A DNA stretch of 20,091 nt, taken from IMG/VR virus record IMGVR_UViG_2061766007_000697. The stretch is one strand, 5' to 3'. Under the pieces are notes generated by a model. It made no database searches and was not told where the DNA came from. It saw only the letters and a list, made by a program, of their open reading frames with translations. A program made the position numbers and the translations under genes. Each line of letters starts with the position of its first letter. The stretch's first letter is position 1. This document shows, piece after piece, positions 10,013 through 19,800 of the stretch. The DNA comes from an uncultured virus (IMG/VR IMGVR_UViG_2061766007_000697) (taxonomy: Duplodnaviria > Heunggongvirae > Uroviricota > Caudoviricetes).

Positions 10013-11991
10013 ATGGCTACTCCTACATTTGTAACCTANNNNNNNNNNNNNNNNNNNNNNNNNNNNNNNNNNNNNNNNNNNNNNNNNNNNNNNNNNNNNG
10101 AATGCGCTGAACGATTTGTCTGGACGCATTGAGACGCTGAACACGAAGAGCGCTATCATTCGGCAGCATGTGCCGCTGGCCGATGGTGTTGGCGTTGGTG
10201 CACTGGTTTATTATGATGCCGTGAATATGTGCTTCGATTTTGCGCAGGCGCTTACGCTGGCAGAAACCGGTGCCTCTGGTCAGACGATTGAAGCACCACA
10301 GGCACGTGTTGAAGGCATTGTTATTGCGACTGATCTTGGTAGTGATCCTCAGACAGGTACGCTGCTTACTGGTGGCTACTGGGAAGATGCGGATGTAACG
10401 AATGCATGTCTGAATGTCGACTCCGAGCTGGCTACAGATGCTGCTCCTGGTATTTATTATCTGTCGCCTGTCAATGCCGGTAAAGCTACGATGGAAACGG
10501 ATGGTCATCTTAGACAGCCAGTTTTGTCGTATTATGGCGCCGGTAAATTCAGCATGAGCATTTTCTATATGGCGCATGATAATCATTTCCATGCCAGCCA
10601 GGTACTTGATAACCAGTGGATCTTGGTTGCGGGCAGCACAGTGGAATCGATCGCTCCTGCCGGTGCACAGTATGTATACGGCGGCGAATACTCTTATGGC
10701 CTTGGATCTATCGGACCGACCACTGCTTTGTTCTATAAAGGCGAGCTTCAGGATACATGGTCTGATGGCAAACCGTTCAAAATCAGCCAGGGTAATATCT
10801 GGTATATGGATGATAATCTGATTCCTGGAGCAGGTGATGTTATTGTCTTCAACCACTATCCATTTGCTTATGATACAGCTGTGGTCAGAAGCGTAACCAG
10901 CACAGACGATGCTATCACAGTGACGAATACGAATGGGCTGATCACACTGACAGGCAATGACTTCGTTGATGGTCCTGTGTCGAAGAGCTCCTATGCTGTA
11001 TCGGCTATTAATGGGAACAAGCTGAGTTACACACCGCTTGTTACCGATGTTATGGCAGGCGCTGGTATTGATATTGTGAAGGCCCTGGATGGCACGGTCT
11101 ATGTGGCTACTTCCGATAAGATCGGTGCGCTGATGGATGCCTACAGCATTAATCACAACGGCACAACGCTTATCAGTAATGGTATTCTCCAGTATATAAC
11201 GTTCCCTGCAGACCGCATCAGCAACTTTGTCATGGTCATGCCCGTAACAGACATAACAGCGCCGTGTAATATGACAGTCTGGGGGATGAAGTTAGGAACT
11301 GCTGCTGGAACACTTCGGGTTCTTGCTAAGTTTATCCCAGATCCTACTATGGATACGAAGTCAACCGTTGCTGTTACTGGACAGACCGGAATACTTGATT
11401 TCGATGTTGCGCGTACTGATGATGCTGATACGCTTACATACGGTGAAGTTGCTATTAATGGTTGCACTGTTTCCGGTAACGGATTGCTTGTAGCTTCTAT
11501 CTCTGTTACAGCTGCACCAGAGAACCAGATCCAGCTACTGCGTACAGGTTTCAAACTAAACACAATCAATTCCAATGTTCCTTCTGGAGACAGTGTTGTG
11601 GAAGATAGCGCTATTACACAGACGATGCAGGTAGGTGATGAGGACATTAAGGCAGGCGATGCTGTGATGATCTTGAACGGTTTGCTGACCACCTGCGTGA
11701 ATACACCGAACGGACTGAATGATACCACGAATAAGTGTGTCGGTGTCGCCACAACTGATGCTGCTGCAGGTGNNNNNNNNNNNNNNNNNNNNNNNNNNNN
11801 NTGGTACCATGACACTGGTTACTGGTGCTCTGCCTGGTAAGTCACTGTATGTTGACAGGGATGGCTCGCTTACAACGGTTGATGATGTTAATACGTTCAT
11901 GCCTACAGTCCGCTACCTGCAGAAGGTCGGCACTGTGCTAACCGGAAATAAGATCCAGGTCAATATCGAATCCGCTGTCAGAGGTGACTGA
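10013..11991 (+). CDS. Putative virion structural/fibre-attachment protein (~660 aa) with DUF2190-like domains at both ends
   Basis: GGAG then ATG 10013 (MATPTFVT). Joins across gap 10039-10099 to NALNDLSGRIETL..., and across gap 11773-11801 to GTMTLVTGALPGKSLYVDRDG...VRGD*. TGATG overlap with the next gene. Confidence 0.65.
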
Positions 11992-13013
11992 TGAGTAATT
12001 ATCGTCTGCAAAGCAGCCTGGAGTGGCTCAACAGCAATATGCACCGCAATTATCCTCTTGTGGATAGTATGGTGGTGCAGGCTACGAACAATGTATATCT
12101 GCCGTCGTCATTTCTGGTGGATATGCAGCTGGTGGTTCCTTATGTAGAGGGGCTGGATCCAGCTGGCTTCTTTATCTCATCTATTGTGAAGAATGCCACG
12201 TCATATCAGGTGACGATAGGCTACATGACAACGACTGACACCAGCAGAGCTCGTCAGGGTTTTGACTGTGCCATATCGGCTGCAATTCCAGAGGATCTTA
12301 TCCTTGGCGACAACTACGACGATAATGATCATGTGATACCGATCTCTGCTATTACTACAGCTGCTACGAATACAACGAGCTCTTATCAGTATGGCATTCC
12401 GAATGCGTATGCTGCTATGCGGGGTATGCGCGGTCTGCTGTATATCGGAAGCTGCGCTGACATGGCTAACGTCAGCGCTATGAACTTCCTGTACGAACAC
12501 AGCGCCATCATGCAAACATGCGTATTTGTAGAGTCCAAGAGCGAGAGTATGGAATCGCTGAGGATCGTCGATAGATACGGTACTGATGCAAAGTTTACTG
12601 ATGATGTTACACTGGTATTGAATAATGGTATAAAGGCGGACATCAATGGGTCTGTTGTAATGCTGCATATAGATCCTGAGTACATGGCTGGACAAATCAA
12701 TACGATGCTCGGGGCAGCTATTGGTAATGCTATAAAGACTATTAATGGTATAGGCCCAGACAGCCTCGGAAATTTCAGAGTTGACGGGCTCGACTGCACA
12801 CAAGTCGATAGTAGTGATAGTGGCATTACGATCAGTAATCCGTGTGCGCAACCTTGTTGTGATCAGGGCGGTGCTGACACAGCTGAGATCTCTACAGCTC
12901 TGGCTGATCTGACAGCGGCTAAAGATGTGCTGAATAATTACTACTCTGATTTGGCGACAAAGGTAAACCTGTTGCAGGCTCGCTTGTCTTCTCTTATTGC
13001 ATCCAGGAAGTGA
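11991..13013 (+). CDS. Putative tail/baseplate structural protein, paralogue A (340 aa), with Cys cluster and C-terminal coiled coil
   Basis: Intact ORF with GAGGTG upstream. Motifs EWLNSNMHRNYPL, GLLYIGS, IKTINGIGPDSLGNF, NPCAQPCCD, then heptad-like ISTALADLTAAKDVLNNYYSDLATKVNLLQARLSSL. Confidence 0.75.
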   Translation: MSNYRLQSSLEWLNSNMHRNYPLVDSMVVQATNNVYLPSSFLVDMQLVVPYVEGLDPAGFFISSIVKNATSYQVTIGYMTTTDTSRARQGFDCAISAAIPEDLILGDNYDDNDHVIPISAITTAATNTTSSYQYGIPNAYAAMRGMRGLLYIGSCADMANVSAMNFLYEHSAIMQTCVFVESKSESMESLRIVDRYGTDAKFTDDVTLVLNNGIKADINGSVVMLHIDPEYMAGQINTMLGAAIGNAIKTINGIGPDSLGNFRVDGLDCTQVDSSDSGITISNPCAQPCCDQGGADTAEISTALADLTAAKDVLNNYYSDLATKVNLLQARLSSLIASRK

Positions 13014-13016
13014 TCC

Positions 13017-14504
13017 ATGATTTTAACGCTCCAACAAGGCGCAGATTCCTATCAGCTAAAAGCACCTGTATTCGAGCTCGAAAGGGACGAGTGGTGCTTG
13101 CTTGTTGATGGAAGCACTGTAGCCTTGACAGATATGGAAGAATATAGACCAGACGATCCCGATTATGGTTATCTGGTTCTTGGGAGTACAGCTACGGTTG
13201 TCGAAGATAGGGTGACTGTGGCTGNNNNNNNNNNNNNCAAAGTCACTGCGAAAGATTAAGACGATCAATGGCGTTGTTCCAAATGATCAAGGCGACTTCT
13301 TTATCGATGGATCTGACTGTGATAGCTGGCAGTATAATGATTCTGTAAACCCAACAGGTATACAAATCGTGGACCTGTGCCCTGCTTGTACTAGCTGTGA
13401 AACGATATATAGGCTTAAGTACGAAGTCGAGAATCTGAAGATGTGGCTTAACACCTTGAAGGATGTTAGCTTATATTGGTCAAGGATTTACGATAATCGT
13501 CAGGACCATGTTGGACAGCGTAGAGCGTTGCTTAATTCACTTCGTATCACAGGCGGCACGTTGTCTACAAACTGCGGAGAAGGCTTTACTGGGGATGATC
13601 GTTATATGCAGCTTAAAGGCATCCAGCTTCTTCAGCAGTATATGACAGTGGTTCATATGTGGAACTATGTTGTGAGCCGCAATAATTCCAGCACGCTTAT
13701 CACTATAGCACCTGAAGACACGACTGGTTTTGTTGTTCAGACCAAGAGAGCACTTACCAGTTGTGCAGATAAGCAGGGTATCAGGTGTTGCATTGATGTT
13801 AAACCTCTTGGTATTATTAAAGATGGAACAGCCAATCTTATAGAAGGTGGCTATCCAGCTAATTACCCAATCAGTGTTTATGTGCCAGAGCGCTCCAATG
13901 AATTCAGTTTTGAGCCGTTCATGGATGATCAACAGGATTTAGCTCTTGGTGATGTACACGGCATGACCATACGAACACTTGGTGATGCTTTGGCACAACC
14001 TGTCGCGCACAAACAAGCAGATACATCAGCAACAGGATCCACATATATAGATGCCAAGGTTGCTGGTACGTATGTTGCAACAGTGAAATTTCTGCCATTT
14101 ATATACTATAGAACATGGCGTGGGTATCTTCCTAACGGGCAGCCCAATTATATTTCTATGCGTAATGGTAAGAACAATGCAGATGTCAGACCATATCCAG
14201 TTGGTGAAGATGGCACTGTTGTTTATAATTTTGGTATTACAGACTGCAAACCGTATTCGGTATCAGATCCTACAGAAACGAATTATCTGGATGCAAAGAC
14301 TGGACCAACCTGTTCCGTCGATTTCAAGATTCTGTGGGATATTTCTATAAAATGGGCTGTATTGGAAAAGAACTCTAACGAGCCTAAAGAAGAAATAGAA
14401 AACTACAAGTATCTTGCTAATGGTATCCGTATGTATTTCAAGGATGCGTCTATAATGTCGGATACAACAGTCGTGCCGCTAGAGCCTGNNNNNNNNNNNN
14501 NNNN
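13017..14504 (+). CDS. Putative tail structural protein, paralogue B (~490 aa; stop probably within gap 14489-14504)
   Basis: AGGAAG then ATG 13017. After gap 13225-13237 frame +1 is open (KSLRKIKTINGVVPNDQGDFFIDGSDC...VDLCPACTSCE) and runs into ORF-track 13369..14508, so 13017..13259 and 13369..14508 are most likely one gene. Confidence 0.7.
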
Positions 14505-15449
14505 CTAAATGATAACCAGTCGATGCCATATCCATTCTATGGATATGGCGCTTTGCCTTTCCCTATGTGCGTTATCACTGGTCTTGGTATCTGTATCCAT
14601 CTTAAAGAAGGTGAAGAGGCGCCTTCTGGGCATAGCAACATATATGCTAACAGCGTATCCATTACAGCAGATAGTGTTACGGTCGCTATTTGCAGGAAGC
14701 CGACTACAGGTGGCCTGGAGTTAGTTGGTGTTCTCTATGCCAGAACCGATGGTTACAGCATGTATGTTCCAAGCTATGTGGATGCAGCTGTATATGAGAA
14801 TCAGACAATCCTGCCGTATATGCTTCGATATGTATATGCAGGTGAAGCCAATGATGGTGTAGACGATCAAAGAGCTGCGCAAGATATGCAGGCTTTCTAT
14901 TCTACAACTAGAGAGGCTTTTAGCACTGTTCTCAGCACTGCTACCAGTACGGGATTTATGCAGATAGGTTCCATACCAGAGAGCGCCATAGGCAATTATC
15001 TGGGTGAGTTCTATCTGGATCCAGCCTGTGTTACATATATGAACAACGACATCTTTGGTCATTATAAATACTATACGGCTGGCAATATGAAATACAACGT
15101 TGGTCAGCGTTTCAACATAGAGCTTGGTGGTTGGCTGACTTGGAAAGATAACACGATCTCTACAAAATATGGTGTGAATAATAACGACTTCATAGTATTG
15201 CCTGATCAATACGCCAAGCGCGTTACTCACATCAATGGCCAGACAATATGCGGTATATCAGGCACAACAGCTGATGCCTATCCTATGCTAACTATAAAGG
15301 GGCACACTGTATCTGTAGACTCGTCTACCGATACGATTGCTTATGTTGAGGTGTCTGCAGAGGAAAGGGATACTGCTGTTGTAGTGACGCTTAATGGTAC
15401 CACAGCATTCCCTAACTGCTATAAGGAGGCTTTAAATGCTCAGTCATAA
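14505..15449 (+). CDS. Putative tail structural protein, paralogue C (~320 aa; start probably within gap 14489-14504)
   Basis: Upstream of ATG 14523 the frame reads LNDNQS-MPYPF from 14505, matching LNSNMHRNYPL of paralogue A, which suggests the true start lies in the gap. Also carries GFMQIGS, LDPACV and VTHING. Confidence 0.72.
   Translation, partial: LNDNQSMPYPFYGYGALPFPMCVITGLGICIHLKEGEEAPSGHSNIYANSVSITADSVTVAICRKPTTGGLELVGVLYARTDGYSMYVPSYVDAAVYENQTILPYMLRYVYAGEANDGVDDQRAAQDMQAFYSTTREAFSTVLSTATSTGFMQIGSIPESAIGNYLGEFYLDPACVTYMNNDIFGHYKYYTAGNMKYNVGQRFNIELGGWLTWKDNTISTKYGVNNNDFIVLPDQYAKRVTHINGQTICGISGTTADAYPMLTIKGHTVSVDSSTDTIAYVEVSAEERDTAVVVTLNGTTAFPNCYKEALNAQS
15423..15429 (+). promoter_or_regulatory. 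Shine-Dalgarno site
   Basis: AAGGAGG 6 nt upstream of ATG 15436. Confidence 0.75.
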
Positions 15450-16194
15450 CAATATAGACAGACAAGACAGCCAGCAGGTATCGAATGCACCGTTTACCTT
15501 TACAAGTACACTGACTCTGCGCGATAGCGTGATTCCTACAGGCAGCTTTCTATCACTAAAGGTGTATGTGGAAGAAGACTATAAGGTTCCATTTCGCATT
15601 CACAGTATACAACCTGATGGGAAAGTTGTGTTCTGTGATGCAGGTGGCACCCCTGTTATAACATGGCAAACATACGCGGCCACCAAAGAGCGCAACAATG
15701 ACAGGCCGTATATATCTAGTTTGCTTTATAATATGAATGGCATTATTGCAGGTCATGTCTCCTGCACACATACGGCTATAGCTGTGATAAGGAACGTTAT
15801 TGAATCTATTACAACATCTTATCTGGTGGATGCCAATGCTTTTGTCCTTATTCCACAGTGCCACGTTGCTATGCTTAAAGGGCAAGCCAGATCTCTTTGT
15901 CAGATAGATGATAATGCTTCCAGATATACGACAGCAGATCTTACACTGAACTTCGCTACAACAGATGACTGCATCTATGCTGAAGAGAATGATCGTATCG
16001 TGTTTGCCATGGTAAACAATGAAGAGAAGTTTTATGATATGCTGACACCTAATGGACTGTGCTCTATAAAGGTAAACGGCTCGACTTATAGTGTAGATGG
16101 CAAAAACATTATCATAAAGTCAGACCTAGAATCCAATCTCAGAGTCAATAAAGGCTCTAACAGGCTGTTGCTGAAGGGGGTACAAAGTGCTTGA
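15436..16194 (+). CDS. Putative tail structural protein, divergent paralogue D (252 aa)
   Basis: Intact ORF with strong SD and 14-nt overlap with the upstream gene. DRQDSQQVSNAPF...IPTGSFLSLKVYV resembles EWLNSNMHRNYPL...LPSSFLVDMQLVV of paralogue A. Confidence 0.75.
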   Translation: MLSHNNIDRQDSQQVSNAPFTFTSTLTLRDSVIPTGSFLSLKVYVEEDYKVPFRIHSIQPDGKVVFCDAGGTPVITWQTYAATKERNNDRPYISSLLYNMNGIIAGHVSCTHTAIAVIRNVIESITTSYLVDANAFVLIPQCHVAMLKGQARSLCQIDDNASRYTTADLTLNFATTDDCIYAEENDRIVFAMVNNEEKFYDMLTPNGLCSIKVNGSTYSVDGKNIIIKSDLESNLRVNKGSNRLLLKGVQSA

Positions 16195-16876
16195 TGCATT
16201 AAAAGATCTGTATATCAGTTATCCTTTCATGCCTGTTGAGGAGACGCCTGCGCTATTTGCACATGTTAAGGATATTCGGTGTGTCGTTGAACTGCCTGCC
16301 AAGAATCCTATATCTTTGGTAGAAAATGACAACTATATCAGGGCATGGCTTGTATCACTGACTCCCAGTAGCGCGCTGATCAAAGTAAGATGCGACCAGT
16401 ATGACTTCCTGCAAGTGCTGGAGGTACCGGTATATGTGGCAACTGTCGGAGCACCTGCTACTAATTCCTATGTGTTAGTGGATGATGCTATTGTGTATCC
16501 GCAGGATGTGATTGAATACGAGTTGCAGCCCGATACACTGTTGTTCATGCAAAAAGCTCCTGTCATCAAGATCGACACAAACGGCTATGCCAATACACTT
16601 ACAGGAAATACCATTAATACAGCCTACAGCCAGAATGTCAGCATCACTGCTGGCAACGAAGGAATTATCATATATGGAGCTCCTGGAGCCGGACTCGGCG
16701 TGTATACATCTGTGCCAGGCTGTTATACTGTGCCAGAATATTTGGAAGGCAGGGGTGCTATAAGCATTAACGGGCTCTATGGTTATGTGCGTTTAGACGC
16801 CGCGCATCCTGTAGGAATTGTGCAGGATGTTGACCTACCCCATATAACCATTAACATAAAGAATGCAGAGGTGTAA
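16187..16876 (+). CDS. Putative tail structural protein, divergent paralogue E (229 aa, GTG start)
   Basis: AAGGGGG upstream and 8-nt overlap. Motifs ISYPF, ELQPDTL, GAPGAGLG and AISINGLYG. Confidence 0.72.
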   Translation: MLDALKDLYISYPFMPVEETPALFAHVKDIRCVVELPAKNPISLVENDNYIRAWLVSLTPSSALIKVRCDQYDFLQVLEVPVYVATVGAPATNSYVLVDDAIVYPQDVIEYELQPDTLLFMQKAPVIKIDTNGYANTLTGNTINTAYSQNVSITAGNEGIIIYGAPGAGLGVYTSVPGCYTVPEYLEGRGAISINGLYGYVRLDAAHPVGIVQDVDLPHITINIKNAEV

Positions 16877-16878
16877 AG

Positions 16879-19800
16879 TTGAAGCGAATAGCAAGAAACC
16901 GCTGTGGTTATGATGGCTACAAGTGTCGTCCTATACCAAAGCTGAACCCTCTGTTCAAGAATACATATACGGATATCTATGCTGTAGAGAAGATTAAAGA
17001 AGCATTAGATAGCGAGTTCAACAGCGCCTGGGTTGGTCCTGATCAATATGATCCAGCTATGCTGGTAGGCACGATCGATAACTATGCCCAATTGCCTCAG
17101 CAGTTCGAGGGATTCATTATGACACTGGCCCCTATCATCAACATGGAAGGTGAGCCGGGCCCGTTCCCAGAGGTACCTGAACTTGCATGTCGTGTAGACT
17201 TCAATCCTTTTACTGCTGGTAGTGCTGCTATTGAGAATAATGATCCAGCCTATACAGCTAATCANNNNNNNNNNNNNNNNNNNNNNNCTATACACAGATT
17301 CCTACATATTCTGCTTCTGTATATGTGAATGTAGAAGGGGGGACTGAAACAGAGGTCAACGGTGGCACCGTTACTATTACGGGCTTGACCATAGCCNNNN
17401 NNNNNNNNNNNNNNNNNNNNNNNNNNNNNNNNNNNNNNNNNNNNNNNNNNNNNNNNNNNNNNGATAAAATAACGCTCACGGCTGGCCCCGGTTTATTGGA
17501 ACCAATGCTAGATACAGAGCTTCCACCTATTGGTATCGATACTATTCCGAGCGCTGATATCATCGGCGACTTCGCTATGTGGGAGTNNNNNNNNNNNNNN
17601 NNNNNNNNNNNNNNNNNNNNNNNNNNNNNNNNNNNNNACTACGGAGGAGTCAAGGGGCTCTACAATCTGAAGAATGAAGAGTATCAGAAGAGTGCTTGTG
17701 GTAATTTTCAAATAAGTGTAGCTAACCCTCTTGAACCTATTATTGGCACGCTTGATATGAATACGCCTCTGTACGAAATAAGTGGAGGCACCATCTATCT
17801 GAATGGACAATATGTCAGTATTTGTGGTGTTCCTGCTATAGATGAAGATACAGATGAGTACGAGGTAAATGAGGTATCTGGGGAGGTTGAATTCGTCCTG
17901 GCTCCGTTTACAGCGTATCTTGATGTAGCACCGCCAGGAAACACGGCAAGTGTAATAACATATCCAGGTAGCAATGTAACCATAGACGAGGCCAAGAGAG
18001 AAGCCGGGCACACTTATATTTATATAGGGGCTGTTAAGTCTGTTAGTGCATCTGCTGACTTTCCTCTGGAAGGTGGGACCGCCTTTAAGCTTTACAAGAT
18101 AGAGCAAGGAGACTGCATTGATGAGGTAAGGACAGATTATGGCGGATCGGAAGAGNNNNNNNNNNNNNNNNNNNNNNNNNNNNNNNNNNNNNNNNNNNNN
18201 NNNNNNNNNNNNNNNNNNNNNNNNNNNNNNNNNNNNNNNNNNNNNNNNNNNNNNNNNNNNNNNNNNNNNNNNNNNNNNNNNNNNNNNNNNNNNNNNNNNN
18301 NNNNNNNNNNNNNNNNNNNNNNNNNNNNNNNNNNNNNNNNNNNNNNNNNNNNNNNNNNNNNNNNNNNNNNNNNNNNNNNNNNNNNNNNNNNNNNNNNNNN
18401 NNNNNNNNNNNNNNNNNNNNNNNNNNNNNNNNNNNNNNNNNNNNNNNNNNNNNNNNNNNNNNNNNNNNNNNNNNNNNNNNNNNNNNNNNNNNNNNNNNNN
18501 NNNNNNNNNNNNNNNNNNNNNNNNNNNNNNNNNNNNNNNNNNNNNNNNNNNNNNNNNNNNNNNNNNNNNNNNNNNNNNNNNNNNNNNNNNNNNNNNNNNN
18601 NNNNNNNNNNNNNNNNNNNNNNNNNNNNNNNNNNNNNNNNNNNNNNNNNNNNNNNNNNNNNNNNNNNNNNNNNNNNNNNNNNNNNNNNNNNNNNNNNNNN
18701 NNNNNNNNNNNNNNTGCTAAGATAGATATCGATGACTCCACCAGCACACCAACCGCTACTTGTGCGTTTACTACAGATGATAATTATGGCTTGGTTGATG
18801 GAAAGAAACGCTTTACAATCAGATTGTCTGAAATCAAGAGTTATCCAGCAACAGGTTCTCCAACCCTACATCAGTTGCATTATGGTGATATCTATCTGTA
18901 TGGTTCCACCAATACAACTATAGCGGTTGATGAATATAATGGACCCTTCAAGGTCACAAATGCAAGCGATACAAGTATTAATATCAGCGGCTGTGATGGT
19001 GGATCCACGGCCGGTATTATCTACATCAATGGCNNNNNNNNNNNNNNNNNNNNNNNNNNNNNNNAACAGTGACAACCGGTGTCAGCTTTGTCTATGCACA
19101 TATAGGCCTTAAGAAGACAAACGGCGTTTATTCTATGGTTTCTGGTAGCACCTATACATTTGTAGCTAATACAGAGATCGCTGGTTCTGATTATACATAC
19201 CACGTCAGATTGNNNNNNNNNNNNNNNNNNNNNNNNNNNNNNNNNNNNNNNNNNNNNNNNCCATTCAAGTGCACTATGGTGATATCTATATTGATACAGA
19301 TACCTTCGACTACAACGGACCGTTTAAGGTTGAGGGTGCCGGTAAAGATAGAACTACCCCTACAGTCACGCTATATGCGTTTGATGGAACCGATACCAGT
19401 GATATAAGCTATACAGGTAAAGCCTATAATGATGAGGATGATGTATTNNNNNNNNNNNNNNNNNNNNNNNNNNNNNNNCGCATGTTTATCTTGTTAAAGG
19501 ATCCACCACAGCGACTAGTCAGTTGTACACGATCTCAGATGTTGTATTTGATACAACCGAGGGGCCGTCTGACGCGCCTCCCGCAAATGTAAAGAAGATT
19601 TATACGTATAGAATCGCAACTGTATCTAGGACAGCCGGTGTAACTGCCGGAACATTTGATATTAAAGTCACGCAGATCCAGCACGGTGATATCCATCTTG
19701 GTGACACCAGTGTCCCTCTGGAGCAAGAACAGGAGCTGAATTATGATGGCCCGTTCAAGGCAGCACTACTGGAAGCGGATAACACAAAGCTGAATGTTAC

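Noticed and set aside
10023..11156. Long minus-strand ORFs (also 6994..7896, 11153..11815, 12201..12851, 8707..9330)
   Set aside because: They are antisense shadows of well-supported + strand genes, with atypical composition and no motifs.
2840..16876. Possible TAG recoding, since all 14 visible stops are TGA or TAA
   Set aside because: No in-frame TAG interrupts any reconstructed gene and code 11 gives full coding density. Avoidance of TAG alone is not evidence of reassignment.
18870..19760. Diversity-generating retroelement TR/VR pair, invertible cassette or CRISPR array in the fibre repeats
   Set aside because: Similarity is at protein level with only ~15-nt DNA matches. There is no near-identical ~100-nt pair with adenine-specific mismatches, no reverse transcriptase or invertase in the window, and no regular repeat-spacer pattern.
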